A stretch of DNA of 64,000 nucleotides from Candidatus Heimdallarchaeota archaeon (GTDB taxonomy: Archaea > Asgardarchaeota > Heimdallarchaeia > Hodarchaeales > Hodarchaeaceae). Location: assembly GCA_011364965.1 (NCBI GenBank), contig RDOB01000002.1, forward strand, positions 32,001-96,000, in the 5' to 3' direction. The notes beneath the pieces are model-generated. The model was not told where the DNA came from. It did not search any database and saw only the letters and a list, made by a program, of their open reading frames with translations. The first letter of the stretch is position 1. Each line of letters starts with the position of its first letter. Position numbers and translations under genes: made by a program. This document shows positions 9,527 to 19,604 of the stretch, one piece after another.

Positions 9527-9985
9527 ATGAATTCAAATAAAGTATTGATTATTCTTTCTTGTGGAAAGAAGAAGTCAGAAAAATTATCTCAAGGAAAACT
9601 AAAGGCCTCTCAAGCGTATATTGGGCCAATGTTTCAGGTAATAAACAAAGCGAAGAGAGAAAGCAGATGGTCTGAGGATTTTTTTTTGGGTATTATATCA
9701 GCAAAATATGGATTTCTGAGAGAGAATCAGGAAATCGAATTTTACGACAAAAAAATGTCAAAAAAAAGAGCTTATGAGTTGAGAGATCAAGTGATTAATT
9801 CAATTCAGACTTGGAATTCAGAGGAGCAGTTTTCATTGATATATATTCTCATGGGGAAGATATATTTGTCCAGTGTGGAAAAATTGAAAGATTTTATAGA
9901 TACCAAAGTAATTATAGAGCCAATGGAAGGTTTAGGAATAGCTCAAAGAAAATTGCTCACCTTTTTGAAAAATCAAAACAAATGA
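9527..9985 (+). CDS. DUF6884-like (YaaA-related) protein
   Basis: ILSCGKKK...ASQAYIGPMF...IISAKYGFL...IEFYDKKMS...GKIY...GLG pattern. Confidence 0.7.
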   Translation: MNSNKVLIILSCGKKKSEKLSQGKLKASQAYIGPMFQVINKAKRESRWSEDFFLGIISAKYGFLRENQEIEFYDKKMSKKRAYELRDQVINSIQTWNSEEQFSLIYILMGKIYLSSVEKLKDFIDTKVIIEPMEGLGIAQRKLLTFLKNQNK

Positions 9986-10024
9986 AGCAATTCAGCAAAA
10001 GAAATTACATTAGAGGATTTCTAG

Positions 10025-11041
10025 ATGATCTTTGCAATAGGCACCCCAGTAAATGCACATTTTCGTCCTTGGACATATGATTGGGCGCTAAAACCTGATG
10101 CTTTGATGATTTCAGCCATTGACTTCTTATCCAGCCCAAGGACGTATAAAAAGTTAAAGAGTAAGGGAATACATGATCTTTTGGCATGGGATGGCTCCAT
10201 TATTTGTGATTCAGGTGCATTTTCTGCTTTAAATCGGAAATCTGCTGTTACCATACAGTTAGAGGATTTATATGCATTATATGAGGAAATTAATAAACAA
10301 GATCCAAATATTCTTAAAATTACTTTAGATTTTCCTGACGATAGAATTATTGAAAATTATAAGAAGCTTTATCCTTTAGAAATAGAGCCTGTTGTACCTT
10401 TCAATAAAATTGAATTGATTGATTCGATATCGAGAATAACGGATGATTTAGATTGGTTATTTATTGGACGTCTTGTTCCATTAATGAGACAAGGTGGTGA
10501 TCACATTTCCAGACTCTCTCTGATATTTGATGTTTTTCGTGAGAAACTTAAAGAGAGAGCATTTACTCACAAAGTGAAACTTTGGGCTCTTGGAGTGGGT
10601 GCTCCAAGCATTCTCCCGTTTATTCGGAGTTTAGTTGAGGGATGTGATTCTTCCCGTTGGAGAGTTACGGGATCAAATATGATACTTTTACCAGCAGGTG
10701 GAGAACGAGGTGTTGGAAATCGTACAAAATGGCGGGGTACTCATCATCGAATTGATGATCAGAATGAACGACATCTGGTGATTAAAATTCTGAAAGATCT
10801 TGATACTCTCTCTGGAGGTTTTGAGAATATTGATCATTCTTTAACATATAATCAGCAACCTAAGCTGATAAAGGGAAGTTTTGAGATAAATTTGCCATCT
10901 ATTGGAGAGCTAATTACAAAAATACGCGAACACTCTGATCTTGTGACAGTTTACGAATTAGAACTCCTGTTAAGAACTTCTGGAAATTTAAGACTCATAT
11001 TTAATTATTGGTCAGCTTTAAATTTTAGTTCAACGGATTAG
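10025..11041 (+). CDS. TGT/DpdA-like guanine transglycosylase-fold protein B
   Basis: LMISA, WDGSIICDSGAFS, ITLDFP, EPVVP, FIGRLVP, WALGVG, GCDSSRW; shares WDGSIIxDSGA with protein A. Confidence 0.7.
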   Translation: MIFAIGTPVNAHFRPWTYDWALKPDALMISAIDFLSSPRTYKKLKSKGIHDLLAWDGSIICDSGAFSALNRKSAVTIQLEDLYALYEEINKQDPNILKITLDFPDDRIIENYKKLYPLEIEPVVPFNKIELIDSISRITDDLDWLFIGRLVPLMRQGGDHISRLSLIFDVFREKLKERAFTHKVKLWALGVGAPSILPFIRSLVEGCDSSRWRVTGSNMILLPAGGERGVGNRTKWRGTHHRIDDQNERHLVIKILKDLDTLSGGFENIDHSLTYNQQPKLIKGSFEINLPSIGELITKIREHSDLVTVYELELLLRTSGNLRLIFNYWSALNFSSTD

Positions 11042-11050
11042 TAATGAGTA

Positions 11051-13423
11051 ATGAACAGTCATAATTTATTAATTTGTCAACCATTGAATTCTGCTTTCGC
11101 GTTTCTTACTGAGATGAAAAAATTTAACTTCAAGTTAATACTTTGGGATTATCGATTCATATTTTTTCCAACTCCAAATCTTATCATAGAATCTCGTATT
11201 GAAGCCAATAATCCTCCAAACTTTAGGTTGATGGAAAATATAGATTTATTTTTATTTGATTTTGAAGAAAATCTCTCTTATTTGAAGCAGAACCTTAAAA
11301 ATTTTGGATTTATCGCTATTTTAATCAATGGTACACTTAAATTTAAAATTAAATCGATTTTGGACAAGGTTCTAGGTATTAGCACATTCCTAAATGAAAT
11401 TCTACTCGATTCACCATATCAGTTATCACATGACTCAAATAGACAAATCTTTGAAAGAACAGATTATATATTACTATATGGGAATCCAAGTAATCAAAGA
11501 GTCAATCCTGTATATAATGACAGGTTAAGTGGAGGATATTGGCATTCTTTTGTTTCAAAAGGTCAAGGATCAGCAAAAATATTTGTAAGAGATGGAAAGA
11601 AGATTGAGATTGCACCTCCACCTGGAACACACTGGAAGTTAAAACAGGAGACAATTCTGAAGTTCTGCCAAGAAGGATTAATCCGTTTCAATTCTAGTGG
11701 AAACCCTGAATACTGGGTAAAAGAGAAAAGAGGACAGATCATCGATACTAATTGGTTAGATATTGACTCTTTTGACACCCAAGGAAATATGATATGCAAT
11801 TCGAAATTTCTATATAAAAGACTCTTCAATCTAGTCTTAAAAGAAGGTGATCAATATTTAAATATCTTCTCGTCTGAAAATACATCTATTATATTAGCAA
11901 ATTCAAATAAAAATCCCTGGGTGAAAATTTACTCATCTGAAGTTCATTTGAAACCTGAAATCAATGAATTAAAAGGAAAAGGATTAACTTTTGAAGTATA
12001 TCAAGATAATCCATTCTCTATCCCTTCTTCAAATCACCACCATAAGATTTCTTCCCCTCCCCATGAAATAAACGCGGATGAAAAGGATATAGAAAATCCT
12101 ACTTTGTCAATCCATGAGTTATATAGCTCTCAGGATCCTGAAACTGTTGATTTATCTAAAGGTAAATGGATTAACAGTCTAATATTAGGAGATTGTTTTA
12201 TTGCTTTAACTTTGATTAAGAAACTTTTTAATGATAGAATTAAGTTGATATATATCGATCCTCCATATTTTACTGGGATTAATGAGATTATCACAATTCC
12301 AATTACACCTGAGAGTCATCACTTAATCGAAAAATTTGCATATCAAAATACAATTAACTCTACAGAACCGATTCAATTTTTTAAAAAATGGTTCAAAGTA
12401 AGATTGGATAAAATGAAAGAGCTCTTAGCGAATGATGGGCATATATTTGTTAGATATGACTATCATTTCGGGCATTATGCCAAATTAGTTCTTGATGAGG
12501 TGTTTGGGGTAGAAAATTTTGTCATTGAGTTATTTGTTAGGAGAATGAAGAAAAACCTCTCAAAGAAACAAGAGTACCATCAAAATCATTTAATTGTTCA
12601 TACTGATTCTCTATTTATCTATCGTAAGTCTAAAGATGCAGTATTAGATTTGAGAAAAATTACTAAAAGACATAAAAATGCTCAAGATATCGCTGAAAGA
12701 GAATTACATAATGATAATCTATGGATTGACATTACTGGATATGAAAAAGTGAAAAAAAGTCTCTATCCAACAGAGAATTCAGAAGTACTACTCAAGAGAC
12801 TTATTGAGATATCAACTGATCCTGGAGATATAATAGCTGACTTTTTTAGTGGATCTGGTACTACATTAGCTGTATCAGAAAAGTTAAAACGAAAATGGAT
12901 AGGTATTGACATTGGCTTGATGTCTATCAACGAAACAAAAAGAAGAATATTGAATCTACCGAATTTTCAGCCATTTGAGATATCAAGAGTAGTAGATAAA
13001 AAGAGGAGTTACAATATTGATTCAAGCGTTCCTGAATTTTTTCTTGGGATAGGAGGCAAAAAAAGGTTAGAAATTGATAAAAATGGGTTAGGGGTAACAA
13101 TAGAACTCCAACGGGATTATTCTGGTATTACTTTATATATAGTTCATTTTTCATCCCAGAAGATAGAGAATTTTCAACCTCTTACCACATTTCGATATTA
13201 TATTGACACTTGGGTACTTGATTGGTCTTATAATGGCTTTCAAATTAGGAGCACTTGGTTCTCGACTAGAAAAACAAAGGGGAAAAGGTTAATAAAACCT
13301 GTTGAAACATTTTGCAGATTTGAAGTTTTTAATAGAACTAAAATAGATTTAGCTTTGCTAATAACCGATATTTTTGGATTGGAATTAAATTATAAGTTTA
13401 AAATTATTTTGTTAAAACACTGA
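11051..13423 (+). CDS. Tandem beta-class (Type III Mod-like) DNA methyltransferase: degenerate N-terminal copy plus intact C-terminal copy
   Basis: C-half has IYIDPPY, LDEVFGVENF, YPTENSEVLLKRLI, DFFSGSGTT and WIGID. N-half has collinear degenerate equivalents plus a PPPGTHWK TRD-like segment. Confidence 0.85.
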   Translation: MNSHNLLICQPLNSAFAFLTEMKKFNFKLILWDYRFIFFPTPNLIIESRIEANNPPNFRLMENIDLFLFDFEENLSYLKQNLKNFGFIAILINGTLKFKIKSILDKVLGISTFLNEILLDSPYQLSHDSNRQIFERTDYILLYGNPSNQRVNPVYNDRLSGGYWHSFVSKGQGSAKIFVRDGKKIEIAPPPGTHWKLKQETILKFCQEGLIRFNSSGNPEYWVKEKRGQIIDTNWLDIDSFDTQGNMICNSKFLYKRLFNLVLKEGDQYLNIFSSENTSIILANSNKNPWVKIYSSEVHLKPEINELKGKGLTFEVYQDNPFSIPSSNHHHKISSPPHEINADEKDIENPTLSIHELYSSQDPETVDLSKGKWINSLILGDCFIALTLIKKLFNDRIKLIYIDPPYFTGINEIITIPITPESHHLIEKFAYQNTINSTEPIQFFKKWFKVRLDKMKELLANDGHIFVRYDYHFGHYAKLVLDEVFGVENFVIELFVRRMKKNLSKKQEYHQNHLIVHTDSLFIYRKSKDAVLDLRKITKRHKNAQDIAERELHNDNLWIDITGYEKVKKSLYPTENSEVLLKRLIEISTDPGDIIADFFSGSGTTLAVSEKLKRKWIGIDIGLMSINETKRRILNLPNFQPFEISRVVDKKRSYNIDSSVPEFFLGIGGKKRLEIDKNGLGVTIELQRDYSGITLYIVHFSSQKIENFQPLTTFRYYIDTWVLDWSYNGFQIRSTWFSTRKTKGKRLIKPVETFCRFEVFNRTKIDLALLITDIFGLELNYKFKIILLKH

Positions 13424-13427
13424 TGTA

Positions 13428-13913
13428 ATGATATTTCAGGGAAGTAGAAATAGAAAGTTGTTTAATGGATTTCATACAAAGGTGAGCGATATGACAGTTT
13501 ATCAATCTAAAATTCAATTAAAAGAGACTTTTGAGACAGAAATTGTGAATATTACAACTAACATACAACAAGAAGTTGATAAATCCGGCATCAAGAATGG
13601 CATAGCCACAATTTTTAATGTAGGATCGACTGGAGGTATTTTAACTTTGGAATATGAACCAGGATTGTTAAAAGATATTCCTGCATATTTAGAACGTACG
13701 ATTCCGAAAAGTAGCATAAAATATGAACATGAGAAAACTTGGCATGATGACAATGGTCATTCTCATGTACGAGCATCAATTATCGGTCCCTCTTTAACTG
13801 TACCAATAACACAGGGAAAATTGATTCATGGAACATGGCAACAAGTAGCATTTATGGAATTAGATACCCGTCCTCGTCGAAGAGGGTTACATATTACTAT
13901 TATTGGAGAATGA
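13428..13913 (+). CDS. yjbQ: YjbQ/UPF0047 family protein (true start probably ATG at 13491)
   Basis: GSTGGI...EYEPGL.KD...YEHE...NGHSHVRASIIGPS...GTWQQV.F.ELD.RPR. Confidence 0.9.
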   Translation: MIFQGSRNRKLFNGFHTKVSDMTVYQSKIQLKETFETEIVNITTNIQQEVDKSGIKNGIATIFNVGSTGGILTLEYEPGLLKDIPAYLERTIPKSSIKYEHEKTWHDDNGHSHVRASIIGPSLTVPITQGKLIHGTWQQVAFMELDTRPRRRGLHITIIGE

Positions 13914-14108
13914 TCCCATTATAGAATTTTTTAGATATTGGGGATAATATGATTGCTGATAAATCAGTAGATATTTTTATCTAGTTAGAACAATAAAAAA
14001 TCTCAATTTACTCAAGAATATAAAGAAGAATTTAATGAATTTTACTTTTCATTTAGACAATTTACCAAGCATTAAACGTAAATAAGTACTTGTAATGGAG
14101 TTTAAATC

Positions 14109-14558
14109 TTGACAAGTGCATTCGAGGAAGCATATAGTTATCTAAATAGCTCAATTCGTACCTATGTTAATGCAACCTCTACTATAGATAAATTATTTGC
14201 AATTAAACTTATAGTTCTTTGTATGATAGTTGCAACTGACGCTCTTATGGAAAGCGTCGAAAAAACTACAGACACCCCATTTCATGGACATCTCGAAGAA
14301 TCCAGCTTTTTCCTCCCTATTGCAGCATACGAACAAAGGATGGCTGATCTGAGTCATCTTGAGGATACTGGTATTATTCCTGAGAAATATCAATTTTCAC
14401 GACGCTTGAGAAGAGCTTTAGACTTGTTGAAAGTTGCGTATGGAAATTATGGTCTTCGTTCCTTATTAGCAATAAACATTAAGGAGTTTATTAATGATTC
14501 ACAGTTTTTTGTACTTGATATCGAGATTCTTGTAGAGTCTCTAACTCAGGACAATTAA
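14109..14558 (+). CDS. Helical hypothetical protein, possibly HEPN/PaREP1-like
   Basis: 149-aa all-alpha pattern; GGAG SD-like sequence before TTG; no clear RxxxxH motif. Confidence 0.45.
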   Translation: MTSAFEEAYSYLNSSIRTYVNATSTIDKLFAIKLIVLCMIVATDALMESVEKTTDTPFHGHLEESSFFLPIAAYEQRMADLSHLEDTGIIPEKYQFSRRLRRALDLLKVAYGNYGLRSLLAINIKEFINDSQFFVLDIEILVESLTQDN

Positions 14559-14617
14559 ATGAATATTTATCTTCAATAGAGATAAACCATCCCTCCTCCT
14601 TGGTCTAAATGTTTCGG

Positions 14618-15619
14618 TTAAGACGAACTAGCAGCTTGTCGTTGTTGTCGAACCCAAGATGTAGGGTTTTTAATTACTACTGGTTTAGCAGCTGCTCCCC
14701 GTTTTACCTCAAAATTTTCTAATCCCAGTCCTTTAGCAAGCTCTTTGAATCGGTTTCGTATTGTAACAGGTGTAGTTCGTGCAGGAACAGCGATTTGCTG
14801 TTGCGTTCTCCTTTCTCCTGTTTGTATCGAGGCAATGTAGATTGCAGCAGCTGCAAGAGACATAGGAATCTTCCCAGTGGTAAGGCGTTTTTCTCGCGCT
14901 TCACTTAAGATGTCAATTGCTACCTTTCTAGTATACATAGTAAGTCCTAGATTTTCTCCCAGACGATTAATCAATGTAATAGGGTCTGGGGTATTACTAT
15001 TTACATTAATATGTTTCAAGAAAGTACGAATACATCGTCCGAGCTCTTTTGATGAAATCGTGGCAACTTCTGCCATATCTTTCAGCGTAATTGCTGTTCC
15101 TTTCTTTCGACACGCAAGATAAGTAGCAGCACTCATCATACCTATGACCGAGCGACCTTTAATCAAATCTTCTTTCAGTGCTAATTTATAAAGAAGTACA
15201 GCAGATTCGCTTACATCTTCTGCTAAACCAAGATGAGATCTAATACGTTTTAATTCGATTAGTGCACTCTTGAGATTTCTTGTTGTTTTGTCTTGAACTC
15301 GTTCATCAATTTGTGAAAGACGGGCGTATTTCACCTGTGACGCATTAGAGAGGGTTTTGCCGTAGGAGTCACGATTGCTGCCTCCTATAATCGTTCTCAT
15401 TTCACAATTATTTAGCTGAGAAGTGGGAAGGCCTACACGAACTTTAGATTTTTCTTCTTCCACACTATAAGCACGCCATTCTGGTTCGCGACTAAAAATT
15501 ACACTATTTGCTACTAACCCACAGTTTTCACATATGATTTCCCCACGAGCATCATCGTACAACATAGCTTTACTCCCACACTCACTGCATTTCTCAGTAA
15601 ACATAATGGCTATCTCCAA
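14618..15619 (-). CDS. tfb: Transcription initiation factor IIB (TFB)
   Basis: CSECG...GEIICENCG Zn ribbon, PEWRAY, two cyclin repeats (GRS...AATYLACR; AAAAIYIAS...RTQQQIA...VTIRNRFKEL). Confidence 0.95.
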   Translation of the reverse strand: MEIAIMFTEKCSECGSKAMLYDDARGEIICENCGLVANSVIFSREPEWRAYSVEEEKSKVRVGLPTSQLNNCEMRTIIGGSNRDSYGKTLSNASQVKYARLSQIDERVQDKTTRNLKSALIELKRIRSHLGLAEDVSESAVLLYKLALKEDLIKGRSVIGMMSAATYLACRKKGTAITLKDMAEVATISSKELGRCIRTFLKHINVNSNTPDPITLINRLGENLGLTMYTRKVAIDILSEAREKRLTTGKIPMSLAAAAIYIASIQTGERRTQQQIAVPARTTPVTIRNRFKELAKGLGLENFEVKRGAAAKPVVIKNPTSWVRQQRQAASSS

Positions 15620-15970
15620 AATCAGTTGAAAAACACATTATTTTATACCTTTATAAAATTGACGTAGATAATATATCCGCAATATAATATTGATATATTA
15701 AATCATGTGTATATATATAAAGAATGTTATCTTAGAGTATATCCCGAGCATATCAAGTGAGAAAATATGAGGTCTTCTATCGTTATTCGAGGTTTAAAGA
15801 ACAGCTTTTCCCTCATTTTTTATCCTCCCCAATACTATACTGGCTTTTCCATTTTATTGCATAGATGCAAGATATTGTATCTGAAAAAGAAGAAAAAAAA
15901 GATGAATCGCAGATTTAACTGAATAAATTATGTTTTAATTTTTGATTGCGAAAAGTGTTAAGTATCAATT

Positions 15971-18772
15971 TTAACGCTGGCAACTTATTATCATAATTTC
16001 ATGAGGTTCAAAGGAAAGAATTGCATTTTGGTTATCCACAGGTTGGGATTTCTTTATTCTACCTTCAATCGTAAGAATATTAATGATTTTAAACTCAGAA
16101 TGAATAATCGCTCGAGTAGAAATCCGTTTTGGAGATAAATTGTAGAGAGTAATCAATGGAGTCCCTTTCCTCTGACGAATGGATGAAATTTGAATACTTG
16201 AATCATTAATTTTTATAATAGGTTTAATTTGTTCCTTCTTAGTGGGATCTAGGTATATTTGTTTGGTATATGGTTTAAGAACACAAGCTTCAGCCTGCTT
16301 TGAGCTCCAATTAATAGACTCTTTTGGTGAATGGGGGATTAAACTGTAATGAAATTCGTAACTCTTTAATTCTTGCGCACCTGGAGTTGCCAAGAAAGGA
16401 CCTGCGTGGACTGGCCGTTCCTCATAATCATCTCTCGATAGAAATCCCACTGATCGAAGTAGAGTCAAAGCTACTCTACCCTGATCAACAATTTCAATCT
16501 CTGGCAATCCTTTATTCACAAGAGTAAAAGCAAAAGATTTGTCTTCTCCTTCGATACGAATGAATCTTTTCTGCGGCTGTATTAGTGAAGGTTTTTCCAT
16601 ATAGCCTTCTGGATCTGGTAGGTTTGTTTCTCGTTTTATTACCCCAAAATGCGTACTGGTATGTATTTCCATAGTTTTTTGGGGAAACGGGAAAATTACT
16701 CGTAATCTATGATCTTTAGCTGTATTTTTGAATCTCGTAATAAAGTCTACTTGAGGAAGATCTTTATATATTCGTATTATGGAAATTATCTTAATGATTT
16801 CCTTTCCTACTCGCTTTTTTCGATCACTAGATAGTTCTGCAGGAATCTCCAGTGTCATTTCACGTTTTAGTTCCCCCACAAGTGGACCAGATTGACTAAC
16901 CTCTTGATTTTTAACTTTGGTTTCTGTAATAACTGGTTGAATTCTTCCAAATGTATATTCATCTCCTTTATCTCCCCAGTCTTCGAACTGATGTTGATTG
17001 AAATAACTTATTCCTGTTTCTTTATGGAGTAAATTGAAAGATCCATCTTTATTAAGCGTTATAGAGTAAAATTGATTATCTAGATGGTTCTTAGTAACTA
17101 TTAGAGAATTTTCTTTAATACTCAATGCTGTTTTTTCACTTGTATTAAAAATGGTAATACTCCAAGGTGCTAGTGGGATAACAGATGCAAATCGCTGTTC
17201 TCCTCCTTTTTTTATTAATACGTGGATTTTTTTGATTCCTGCTTCTTCTATGGTTGTAATTAATTCTTGCTTTTCTTTGAGTGATTCCACTTCCTGAGAT
17301 GGTGTTCTACTACATTCTAGGACAAGATCAAGTATTTTATCCTCTGTGACTGCATATGTCATCTTGTTAATATGATAACCTAATCCTAAAATTTCTGTGC
17401 CTTTAACTTGTTTTATTAATGTTTTAAAAACAAAAGGTTTGATATTTGCCTCATAAATAATTTCATCTGATTTAGAAAGGACTTGTAAGGGATATTGATT
17501 TCCTTTTTCATCCTTGATAGATCTTACCAGAAATTCTTCAATAACAGACATCTCAGTATAGATTAAACCCGAGAAGTTCGTAGGATTAAATACTATTATC
17601 GAATTAGGAGCTTGAATGATAGTACTATGGGTTAATGGTCCAAAAGCATCTTCTATCAAACCTTTAGCGATTTGTTTTGCCCAAGTAAATCTCGTCTTCA
17701 TATCATCGTGGGTATCATCAACAGAACAACCACAAATGGAATCGTGAGGAAGATTTCTAAGATACCACTTCCAAGCAGTTTGAAAGACTCCTGTGGGATA
17801 ATTTCTACCAATAATCCCGCTATACGTATTAAGAGGTTCAGCATAATGTATCAGTAGATCATTCACTTCTTGTGCTTCTTGCTTAATCCACATCCTAGCG
17901 CTATAAGTATCTTGTAATAAAGGGGCTCTGTAGGATGATCGAAATTCACCAATAAATTCAGGGATGTTTGTTTTTCGAGTTTCGAGGAGAACTTGAAGTT
18001 CCTTAACATATTCAGTTAATGGTGCGATTTTCAGGTCTCCTCCTATTTCTATTTCAGGGATTAGCTTCTTCACGACTGGTTGTGGGAACGTATGGTCTGT
18101 GCCATTCATTAGTAAAAAGATAGGCACAGGAGAAAATGGTCGTAATGCATTTATTCTATCCTGAATTTCTGTTTGTAATTGCTCCTTCCTTTTAGCTAAG
18201 TTAGCAGCATTACCATAACCAAATGGTAAATAAATTGTAAAAATTGACGTAGAACTCTCTTTATATCCTCTCCAATTAAATGCAACAGTAGAGATTTCAG
18301 GGCCTACCCCTCGCCAAACAACAGCTGTTTTTAAATCTGTTATATCGTGTAAGAGCTGTGGAATAGCACTTGAATGGCCGAACATATCAGGAAGATATGC
18401 AATGGGCATTAAAGGAAGATTATGTTGAGAAGCTAAGTCTATACTATATTCTAGATTTCTAATAAGGCTTTCTCCAGTGACAAGCCATTCGTCAGGTAGT
18501 ATATACCATGGTCCAATATCAATTTTGCCCCTTTGAATCAAATTTAGAAATTCTTCTTTCTTTTCTGGACGAACTTCTAAATAGTCCTCTAGAATAATTG
18601 TTTGACCATCTAACATGAAATAATAATTGGAATCGCGTTTAAAGATCTCTAACAAATAATCAATTAATTTAACTAATTCTCGTCTGAATTCCTGAAAAGG
18701 TTTATACCATTCTCGATCCCAATGCGTTGTGGGAACGAGTATTGCCTTGATATCGTGTTGTTTCTCCGTCAA
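15971..18772 (-). CDS. Glycoside hydrolase family 38 alpha-mannosidase
   Basis: THWDREWY, FMLDGQ, IGPWYILPDE, YLPDMFGH, MNGTDH, PHDSICGCSVD, DHRLRV, LTLLRSVG. Confidence 0.93.
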   Translation of the reverse strand: MTEKQHDIKAILVPTTHWDREWYKPFQEFRRELVKLIDYLLEIFKRDSNYYFMLDGQTIILEDYLEVRPEKKEEFLNLIQRGKIDIGPWYILPDEWLVTGESLIRNLEYSIDLASQHNLPLMPIAYLPDMFGHSSAIPQLLHDITDLKTAVVWRGVGPEISTVAFNWRGYKESSTSIFTIYLPFGYGNAANLAKRKEQLQTEIQDRINALRPFSPVPIFLLMNGTDHTFPQPVVKKLIPEIEIGGDLKIAPLTEYVKELQVLLETRKTNIPEFIGEFRSSYRAPLLQDTYSARMWIKQEAQEVNDLLIHYAEPLNTYSGIIGRNYPTGVFQTAWKWYLRNLPHDSICGCSVDDTHDDMKTRFTWAKQIAKGLIEDAFGPLTHSTIIQAPNSIIVFNPTNFSGLIYTEMSVIEEFLVRSIKDEKGNQYPLQVLSKSDEIIYEANIKPFVFKTLIKQVKGTEILGLGYHINKMTYAVTEDKILDLVLECSRTPSQEVESLKEKQELITTIEEAGIKKIHVLIKKGGEQRFASVIPLAPWSITIFNTSEKTALSIKENSLIVTKNHLDNQFYSITLNKDGSFNLLHKETGISYFNQHQFEDWGDKGDEYTFGRIQPVITETKVKNQEVSQSGPLVGELKREMTLEIPAELSSDRKKRVGKEIIKIISIIRIYKDLPQVDFITRFKNTAKDHRLRVIFPFPQKTMEIHTSTHFGVIKRETNLPDPEGYMEKPSLIQPQKRFIRIEGEDKSFAFTLVNKGLPEIEIVDQGRVALTLLRSVGFLSRDDYEERPVHAGPFLATPGAQELKSYEFHYSLIPHSPKESINWSSKQAEACVLKPYTKQIYLDPTKKEQIKPIIKINDSSIQISSIRQRKGTPLITLYNLSPKRISTRAIIHSEFKIINILTIEGRIKKSQPVDNQNAILSFEPHEIMIISCQR

Positions 18773-18995
18773 TTAATGCACCAGTTGCTTTACTACTCAT
18801 CTTGCTTGTAATTAGAGATTTACTCATTTTTTAAATGAATCTAATATCAATTCGGAATCTAATTTAATTGTTTATCTATCTGATCCGATCTAGATTTAAG
18901 AATAATAAAGATCAGAAAGAGCTTCAACTGAAGTTTTTCTTCTTTTGAATACCTGCCGGAAAAAAGGATCACATGGTGACATTCTCTGAGAAATA

Positions 18996-19403
18996 TTATT
19001 GATCTATACTCACTTTACAAATCTCGCATCCCTCATGAACCAATCCAAATTTTTTATGGAATTTACAAAGATATCCGCCCTGTTGAATGAATTTCAGTAC
19101 CCTTTGGACTTCACTGGGGGCGTATTTATCTTCCTCCGCGATTCTACGAGCTGCTTCTTCAATAAATTTAACAATCTCAGGCTCAAAATCGAGACTTCCT
19201 CTATCTCCCTTCTTATATTGTGAAATTGCTGGTTCAGTTAACCCAAATCTTTGAGCAATATCTTTCTGGGGAAATTTGTATTTATTTATCAAAGTATTGG
19301 TGATTTCTCGTCGAATACCAGGCAGAATATACCATACAATAATTTCCTGAGGTTGTACCAACTTCTTGAAGCGCTTTTTCTTTTGACTTGACATAACCAT
19401 CAA
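18996..19403 (-). CDS. Archaeal XRE-type HTH transcriptional regulator with C-terminal Cys/His motif
   Basis: PQEIIVWYILPGIRREI...QKDIAQRFGLTEPAISQYKKGDRG...LCKFH...CEIC. Confidence 0.85.
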   Translation of the reverse strand: MMVMSSQKKKRFKKLVQPQEIIVWYILPGIRREITNTLINKYKFPQKDIAQRFGLTEPAISQYKKGDRGSLDFEPEIVKFIEEAARRIAEEDKYAPSEVQRVLKFIQQGGYLCKFHKKFGLVHEGCEICKVSIDQ

Positions 19404-19604
19404 TTCAATTATCTAATTTTACAATTGTGAATTAATATATAAATGCAGCGTTGTTCTTTAAAGATTTGGGAATTTAGTAGATAAAACCTCTTTTAGGAAC
19501 TAGGATGTTAAATCCTTGTATTTCGTGACCAGTTTCCAAATTTTTAAAAACTACGACGATTATAGAGTAAAATGTAAAGATAATCCATTATAAAAACCCG
19601 AGGT

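Noticed and set aside
8485-11041. Calling the TGT-like genes the housekeeping archaeosine tgtA/arcS
   Set aside because: Too short, no PUA or complete Zn site, and DNA-modification context. Not fully excluded without a phylogeny.
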